Source: a virus
IMG/VR virus record: IMGVR_UViG_3300045999_011383
Length of the DNA: 64,000 nt
Direction: 5' to 3' (one strand)
Made by a program: the position numbers and the translations under genes. The notes under the pieces were generated by a model, which saw nothing but the letters and a program-made list of their open reading frames with translations, did not search any database and was not told the DNA's origin. The stretch's first letter is position 1; every line of letters starts with the position of its first letter. Shown here one piece after another: positions 9,446 to 15,886 of the stretch.

Positions 9446-9470
9446 CTCGCGCCTCCTCCGCGAGTTTTTT
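9446..9470 (+). terminator. rho-independent terminator (ends a possible short transcript)
   Basis: CTCGCG-7 nt-CGCGAG stem followed by TTTTTT. Confidence 0.5.
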
Positions 9471-9500
9471 ATTTTTAAAGTCATCTGGTAGAGGTAATTT

Positions 9501-10307
9501 ATGAAAAAAAATAACTTATTAATACAGTTGATGGTTCTGTCGTTGGTGCTACAAACGGCAATACATTCTGAAACCGGAATTACTAAAAAGGCAATTGCAG
9601 TAAATGAGTCATCTTTGATTAAAGCTCAAGCACCTGTTCCTCAAAAAACAGAAGTCCAGAATAAAGAAGATTACTATGAACTTCGTGATGCACTAAGATC
9701 CCTTGATATCATCAAAGCCTTAATAATTTTTTCTGGATGTATTTTTACAGCCATTGTATCCATGATGGGTGAGGCTTTGGTTAAGCAAGTTATTGAGCAA
9801 ATCAAAAATATTGTTATTGAAGTTGTTGGTAATCAACAGATGTTTAACAACATATCCTCTTCAGAAATTACAGAAATCAATGCAATGATGGAAAGGATTA
9901 GGTATGACTTAAAAGCAGTCAGAATATCTTTGTTTAAATTCCATCTAGACAACCATTCTATATTTTTAGAAGTAGCATCTAGTGGCAAACACTCAATGGC
10001 TAGTCGCCCGCCAATTTCTAGGCATTTTTTTGATAGTGCCATTAAACCTATGATTGATAATAAAATTTCCTACTCTTGCTGCGGTAGTGAAGGTGAGGTT
10101 TGTTCTACTTGGTTAAGCAGTAGAGACACGGGACGTTATGCTATATATTTATTTTATTATAAAGAAAATTTCGCTGGATTTATATTAGTTGAATGGAGTA
10201 AATCTTTCTTTGAAAATTGGTTTTTTAATGAAGACATGGGAAAATGTGAACCACAATTAAAGATGCTATCTGCTATGATCAGTGAAGCAATAAAGGACAA
10301 AAATTAA
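9501..10307 (+). CDS. signal/TM-anchored protein, paralogue of 30082..30813
   Basis: N-terminal signal-like sequence plus a TM span. The C-terminal domain aligns by eye with the 243-aa protein (MERIRYDLKAVRISLFKFH versus MREIRDFTQFNRVSLYFLD). Confidence 0.55.
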   Translation: MKKNNLLIQLMVLSLVLQTAIHSETGITKKAIAVNESSLIKAQAPVPQKTEVQNKEDYYELRDALRSLDIIKALIIFSGCIFTAIVSMMGEALVKQVIEQIKNIVIEVVGNQQMFNNISSSEITEINAMMERIRYDLKAVRISLFKFHLDNHSIFLEVASSGKHSMASRPPISRHFFDSAIKPMIDNKISYSCCGSEGEVCSTWLSSRDTGRYAIYLFYYKENFAGFILVEWSKSFFENWFFNEDMGKCEPQLKMLSAMISEAIKDKN

Positions 10308-10374
10308 ACTGTTGTAAAACCCTGGCAATGCACAATAAATCAATAGTAGAGCGAGCAACTACCAGGGTAAATAT

Positions 10375-11511
10375 TTAATCTCTTATTTGCACAGGCATGG
10401 TTAAATATGTCATTTTTAATCCACTTAACGGAGTAAAAATAACTGGTTGCAACTGATGATTTAAGTGAATTTGAATCTCTGCGGAAGATAACTCTTTAAG
10501 TCCTTCCAAAAGATATTTAACATTAAACCCGACTTCGATATCAGTACCAGAAACTTGGGCTGGTATTGACTCTATAGCACTACCCACATCTTGAGTTTCG
10601 CAGGACAAAATTACTAGTTGATTGTCCCTATCTAAAGACAATTTGACAATATTGTTTTTCTGACTAGCTAACACAGAAATCCGTTCTAAGGTGCTAATAA
10701 ATTGTTTTCTGTCTATTGTTACTTCTCGCTCAAATTGCCTGGGAATTAATTGATTATAAGCAGGATAATGACCTTCTAATGTGCGACTGGTTAATCTTTG
10801 GTTTCCACGCACAAATACTACTTGTACCGGATCTATGTAAATTTCAACCTGTTCAGGAGCAGAACCCTGGCTTAACATTTTTTGCAATTCTCGTAACGCT
10901 TTAGCAGGAATTGTCACCTCTGATTCTTGATCCTCGTCTGACTCACGACTGGTTTCCACTACCGCTAATCTGTGTCCATCGGTAGAGGCAAATTCTATAC
11001 TATCTCGCTTTAAGAAAAAATGCACACCAGTGAGAACCTGTTTAGTCTCATCAGAGCTAGTAGCAAATAAAGTACGTTGCAGTCCCTCGCTAAGTGCCGA
11101 AGCAGAAACCTCAATTGGTTCTACCTCGTGAACTGTTGGCAACTCAGGAAACTCATCAGCATTCATAGCACGGACTTGATAGCGACCGCTTTTAGGTTTT
11201 AAAGTGACGGTAATACCACCGCTTTCTTCTTCAGTGCTACTGATTGTAATGTCACCCTGGGGTAATTTAGAAACAATATCTAAGAGTAGTTTAGAAGGTA
11301 TGGTAATTTCACCACCCTGTAACACCTGAGCATCAAAAGTAGTACAAATGCCTAAACTTAAATCAAAGGAAGTTAATTCCACTTGATCAGTGTCGCTGTT
11401 AGCCTTTAACAAAATATTAGCAAGTACCGGATGAGTTGGGCGTGAAGGAACAGCACGACTAGCCAAAGAAAGATTGGCGTTAAGTTCAGATTGAGAGCAA
11501 ATTAATTTCAT
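10375..11511 (-). CDS. dnaN: DNA polymerase III beta sliding clamp
   Basis: 378 aa. Canonical N-terminus MKLICSQSELNANLSLASRAVPSRPTHPVLANILLKA, and a three-domain length. Confidence 0.9.
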   Translation of the reverse strand: MKLICSQSELNANLSLASRAVPSRPTHPVLANILLKANSDTDQVELTSFDLSLGICTTFDAQVLQGGEITIPSKLLLDIVSKLPQGDITISSTEEESGGITVTLKPKSGRYQVRAMNADEFPELPTVHEVEPIEVSASALSEGLQRTLFATSSDETKQVLTGVHFFLKRDSIEFASTDGHRLAVVETSRESDEDQESEVTIPAKALRELQKMLSQGSAPEQVEIYIDPVQVVFVRGNQRLTSRTLEGHYPAYNQLIPRQFEREVTIDRKQFISTLERISVLASQKNNIVKLSLDRDNQLVILSCETQDVGSAIESIPAQVSGTDIEVGFNVKYLLEGLKELSSAEIQIHLNHQLQPVIFTPLSGLKMTYLTMPVQIRD

Positions 11512-11640
11512 GATCTGTGGGAATGTTACTCGTATTAATACTATATTTAATAATAATATTAATTGATTAGTTTGTCAATAATACTCTCATTTTATGGTAT
11601 TATTTTTATAGAAATTAATAATTAAAATCAGCAAAAAACC

Positions 11641-13086
11641 ATGACCGAAAAACCAGGGGAATATACAGCCAAGTACAAGCCAACTCAATTAATTCAAGGA
11701 ACTGGACAGACTGCATTGATAACAGGATGGACTATCAAAGAAGCAGTCCAAAAACATTTGAGTAACCATGAATATGCAGTTATTGGGCAACTATACTCAC
11801 CCACAAGAGGGATTAACTTAGTGGTTCGGAATCTGCTATTAAATCCTCATGTTAGGTACTTAGTAATTCTCAATGGAACTAAGGAAGACAAAAACGCAGG
11901 TGGCTGTCAATGTTTAGCTGACTTTTTTCGTTATGGTTTCAATAAAGGTATTAGTGATATTGGTAGAAAAACCTGGGTAATTTCTTCTTCTATTACTGGC
12001 TATATTGACATCGAGATTGATATGAATGTTTTAAAAAAATTGCGTGAGTCTGTAGAAATCAAGGAAGTACAATCAATAGCCCAAGCTGTTGAAGCGGTCA
12101 GAGATTATGCAACTAAAAAACCCGTTGCACCTTGGGGAACACCCTTAGAATTTCCCATGAGTACAATTGAATCAAATACCCTACCAGGACCCCTCTATGG
12201 TCACAGAATAGAGGGTAAAACCATTGCGGAAACCTGGGTAAAAATCATCCATAGAATTAAAACAACCGGGGTGATCCGACCCACTAGCCATGATGGAACG
12301 TGGCAGGAATTGATAGATTTAATGGCAATTATTACCAATGAGCCTGATGATTTTTACTTTCCTGAACCCAACTATTTGCCAGTAGATAGAAGTTTTTTAC
12401 AAGAATATATTTCTCAGATATTAGAGGACGCGCCTAGTCAAGAAGGGATAAAATACACCTATGGACAAAGGTTACGTTCCTGGTTTGGTAAAGACCAGGT
12501 TCGACAGGTAATTGAAAAGCTAACCCATGACATTAATTCCGCCAGGGCTGTAATGTCTCTGTGGGATATTAAAGAAGACAACGATGAATCTAATCCCCCC
12601 TGTTTAAATCATATTTGGGTAAGGGTAGTCAGCGGTGAACTGTCTTTAACCGCAACCTTTCGTAGTAATGATATGTTCTCAGCATGGCCAGCCAATGCCA
12701 TGGGTTTAAGGGCTTTACAGAAATATATTTATAGTGCTTTATTGAGTTCCCATCAATCCCTCAAATTAGGTCCATTGATTACCATTAGTCAGAGCGCTCA
12801 TATTTATGATGATTGTTTTGAGAATGTCAGCAAGGTAATCTCATCTCAGTATGGTAAGATTGCCAAAAACCAGGATTACTCTGATCCTGTGGGGAATTTT
12901 ATTATTAGTAATCAAGAGGGTAAAGTCGTGGTTGAGCATACCACCCCTGGTTCAGGAGAGGTGGTTAATTGTTATTCAAATAAGTCCGCTTATAAGGTGT
13001 CACAAGAAATAATGAGAGATTGTCCAGGGTTGCAAAACTCCCATGCTATGTATTTGGGATGGGAGTTGTGCAAGTTAAAGTATTAA
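11641..13086 (+). CDS. thymidylate synthase / dNMP hydroxymethylase family enzyme with about 250-aa N-terminal extension
   Basis: ThyA-type motifs are present: PPCLNHIWV (catalytic Cys), FRSNDMFSAWPANAMGL and SQSAHIYDD. The N-terminal half is unassigned. Confidence 0.7.
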   Translation: MTEKPGEYTAKYKPTQLIQGTGQTALITGWTIKEAVQKHLSNHEYAVIGQLYSPTRGINLVVRNLLLNPHVRYLVILNGTKEDKNAGGCQCLADFFRYGFNKGISDIGRKTWVISSSITGYIDIEIDMNVLKKLRESVEIKEVQSIAQAVEAVRDYATKKPVAPWGTPLEFPMSTIESNTLPGPLYGHRIEGKTIAETWVKIIHRIKTTGVIRPTSHDGTWQELIDLMAIITNEPDDFYFPEPNYLPVDRSFLQEYISQILEDAPSQEGIKYTYGQRLRSWFGKDQVRQVIEKLTHDINSARAVMSLWDIKEDNDESNPPCLNHIWVRVVSGELSLTATFRSNDMFSAWPANAMGLRALQKYIYSALLSSHQSLKLGPLITISQSAHIYDDCFENVSKVISSQYGKIAKNQDYSDPVGNFIISNQEGKVVVEHTTPGSGEVVNCYSNKSAYKVSQEIMRDCPGLQNSHAMYLGWELCKLKY

Positions 13087-13201
13087 ATTGTGCTTTAGCG
13101 TTCTTGTTCTTCTTTCTTTTGTTCTTCCTTGAATGTTCGCCAATCATCGAGAACTTTAAACCATTTTTTCTCCAAACACCAAAAATTTAACTCTCAAAAA
13201 A

Positions 13202-14224
13202 CTAGGAAACCTTGATTTCAGCGATCGCTTCTTCTAAATGTTCCTGAATCACTAATCCCTCTCGCTCTAAAATCGCTCGTTTAGCTGCATCTTGGGCAAC
13301 CCTCACAGCTTGAGCCGCAGAAAAATCTTTCATCTGTTCAATAATTCTTGGCCAGTTGATAGATCCCACTTCAATTGCAGATAGTGTTTCCCTCAGTATA
13401 AATTCTAGTTCTTTTTCTCCCGGTTTGGGTACTGCAATCAGATCATCAAATCTCCTCCATAGGGCAGTATCCAAAGATTTATTCAAATTCGTAGCGGCTA
13501 CCATAAGCCCAGAAGAAGGTTGATATTCATCCAAAATTTGCAAAAATGTATTTACTACTCGCTTAATTTCTCCCACTTCCTGAGAATCTTCTCGTGTCTT
13601 AGCAATTGAGTCACATTCATCTAAAAATAATAAACATGGATTTTTTGCAGCATCCTCAAATACCAGTCTTAAATTACTGGCTGTCTCCCCTAAAAAAGAC
13701 GACACCATTGCATCAAAACGTACTTTTAACAGTGGTAAACCTGTATTCCAGGCTAAACGTTCTGCTCCTAATGTCTTTCCACACCCAGGCGGTCCATAAA
13801 GGAGAATTTTTTGCCGATAACGCAGCCCATGATGAGCTAGTCTATCTCTTGCTGCATACTCGCGCTCAATTCTTTGAAAACGCTTTTCAATTTTTTCAGG
13901 CAATACCATGTAATGACGTAGTTTATCCCTTGGTATGGTCGTTACCAAGGGAAGGTTAAAACGCTTACTGGTTGGTAATTCGCTTAAACCCTGTAAGTTT
14001 TCTCCTGTTGTTTGTGTGGCATTTGCAAGAAAGGAAACAGGTTTGATAGGGTCGGGAGATTGATCTCTGGGTTTCTTTTTAGCAATATTCTCTAACTGGT
14101 CAGCAAGGAGGGTATGCCCTTTACTGCGCTCTTCTTCTATGACCAGATATGCAAGTTTGTCAATCGCTTCTTGGTCTGAACTAGCGATCGCTCTGAAAAA
14201 CCTTTTGAGAATCTCTCCCTTCAT
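13202..14224 (-). CDS. classic-clade AAA+ ATPase
   Basis: Walker A GPPGCGKT, Walker B LLFLDECD, sensor VAATN and the second-region-of-homology motif ALWRRFD. Confidence 0.8.
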   Translation of the reverse strand: MKGEILKRFFRAIASSDQEAIDKLAYLVIEEERSKGHTLLADQLENIAKKKPRDQSPDPIKPVSFLANATQTTGENLQGLSELPTSKRFNLPLVTTIPRDKLRHYMVLPEKIEKRFQRIEREYAARDRLAHHGLRYRQKILLYGPPGCGKTLGAERLAWNTGLPLLKVRFDAMVSSFLGETASNLRLVFEDAAKNPCLLFLDECDSIAKTREDSQEVGEIKRVVNTFLQILDEYQPSSGLMVAATNLNKSLDTALWRRFDDLIAVPKPGEKELEFILRETLSAIEVGSINWPRIIEQMKDFSAAQAVRVAQDAAKRAILEREGLVIQEHLEEAIAEIKVS

Positions 14225-14270
14225 ATTGCCTCTCTCTGCAAAAATAGAAGTTTCTTATGTATGTAGTACA

Positions 14271-14299
14271 ATTATACTCTATAACTCAGTGGATGACAA
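14271..14299 (-). promoter_or_regulatory. sigma70-type promoter for the AAA+ gene
   Basis: On the minus strand: TTGTCA, 17 nt, TATAAT. It lies about 45 nt upstream of the ATG at 14224. Confidence 0.5.
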
Positions 14300-14323
14300 A
14301 TTGTATCATGATCTTGCCTTGCA

Positions 14324-14406
14324 TTGCAACTGGGCTTTGACTTGCAATTAACCCAGTCCCTCAAGGTCGGCTTCTTGCAATTAACCCAGTTCCCCAAGTC
14401 CGGTTT
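14324..14406. repeat. decayed CRISPR repeat remnants
   Basis: TTGCAACTGGGCTT (14324..14337) is the exact reverse complement of repeat positions 22-35. Two 30-bp units CTTGCAATTAACCCAGT(C/T)CC(T/C)CAAG(G/T)(T/C)CGG lie at 14341 and 14374. Confidence 0.55.
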
Positions 14407-15543
14407 GCTTCAACTATCCTCAGTCCCTAAGCCCAGTTGCAAGTGTCAAGGGGTTTATTTTCGAAACCCTTATATTTCCTACGTCGTTTCAACTATCCTC
14501 AGTCCCTAAGCCCAGTTGCAAGTGAAGGACGTGATTCTAATGCAGCAAAGAACATCTGTTTCAACTATCCTCAGTCCCTAAGCCCAGTTGCAAGACACAT
14601 TCTTTATCTTTTAAATATAGCTTATACCATCTGTAGTTTCAACTATCCTCAGTCCCTAAGCCCAGTTGCAAGAACACCTTACCACCTTTAAGGTAAGACG
14701 GCACTTTAGGTTTCAACTATCCTCAGTCCCTAAGCCCAGTTGCAAGACAGAATTGAGAGAACTTTCAAGCCATAAGAGAGTAGCGTTTCAACTATCCTCA
14801 GTCCCTAAGCCCAGTTGCAAGATTTTCAAAAATTTAAAAATGAATCTGGACATGAAGATGTTTCAACTATCCTCAGTCCCTAAGCCCAGTTGCAAGAATG
14901 CACATTAACAAAAAAAAACCATGAAAAACCGTTTCAACTATCCTCAGTCCCTAAGCCCAGTTGCAAGAAAACTTATCAGATACTTAATAAGGCTATAGGT
15001 TAGTTTCAACTATCCTCAGTCCCTAAGCCCAGTTGCAAGCTCCCATTTATACAGCTTACTAGCAGCGCAAATAGTTTCAACTATCCTCAGTCCCTAAGCC
15101 CAGTTGCAAGTCAAAAATCAACAGGAATTGGCCACTACTATTGAAGGATGTTTCAACTATCCTCAGTCCCTAAGCCCAGTTGCAAGATAAAGCCGTCCGG
15201 GGAGGCATGACTAATGAGGATGGTTTCAACTATCCTCAGTCCCTAAGCCCAGTTGCAAGTTGAGACAGTTAAACCCAAGGTACTTTAACCTAGTTTCAAC
15301 TATCCTCAGTCCCTAAGCCCAGTTGCAAGAAAGTATTAAAGAAATGCTCAAACTACCGGCATGTTTCAACTATCCTCAGTCCCTAAGCCCAGTTGCAAGT
15401 TGCTACATTTACCATACTTATGGAAACTGTCAATGTTTCAACTATCCTCAGTCCCTAAGCCCAGTTGCAAGTTACTTTGTAAGACGTTATGTAAGACGGC
15501 GATGGAGTTTCAACTATCCTCAGTCCCTAAGCCCAGTTGCAAG
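14407..15543. CRISPR. CRISPR array with 16 repeats of 37 bp and 15 spacers
   Basis: Repeat GTTTCAACTATCCTCAGTCCCTAAGCCCAGTTGCAAG starts at 14407 (this copy begins GCTT), 14486, 14558, 14636, 14710, 14785, 14860, 14931, 15003, 15074, 15150, 15223, 15293, 15363, 15435 and 15507. The spacers are unique and 33-42 bp long. Confidence 0.95.
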
Positions 15544-15886
15544 TCCCGGCTTTCAAAAGCTTTATAAGTCAAGGGTTTCAAAGGCAATTCTGGCGGACCT
15601 GCTAAAAAATCTCATTTCAGCCGCTTAAATCAGCTTGGGTCTTTAAAAGAAACTGAGCGAAACTCTTGCAATGTCATGGTTCTGGACTTTTGGCGAATGT
15701 CCAGGGTTTTTACCCTAGCTTTGATATGCCAAAAAGATGAGATAGTTGCCAGCCATAGTTCCGGCTGGTCTTTGGGGGTTGTCGCCTTCCCCCTTACTTT
15801 TTAGGGTAAAACCCTTACAAGTCATAAGCTAACATTACATTAGCTACCCGTCCAAACTGCGGTAATTTAATATTAACCTAGTCCTA
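15544..15886 (-). ncRNA. candidate leader / tracrRNA-like structured region (hypothetical)
   Basis: 343 nt with no ORF between the nuclease stop and the array. Hairpins at 15682..15704, 15703..15716, 15749..15768 and 15774..15793. GAGATAGTTG at 15739..15748 resembles the repeat end. Confidence 0.3.

Noticed and set aside
14444-15506. Self-targeting: spacers matching elsewhere in this window.
   Set aside because: I found no match when checking the spacers by eye against memorable parts of the window. This is not exhaustive, and a computational search is needed.
15575-15611. A 17th, degenerate repeat beginning GTTTCAAAGG 31 bp after the last repeat.
   Set aside because: Only the first 7 nt match the consensus, and the rest is unrelated.
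14324-15628. Six plus-strand ORFs of 61-101 aa (14324..14509, 14437..14691, 14666..14908, 15323..15628, 15361..15567 and similar) with recurring peptides such as FNYPQSLSPVA and QLSSVPKPSCK.
   Set aside because: They are translations of the CRISPR repeat in different frames. The periodic identical peptides are an artefact of the array.
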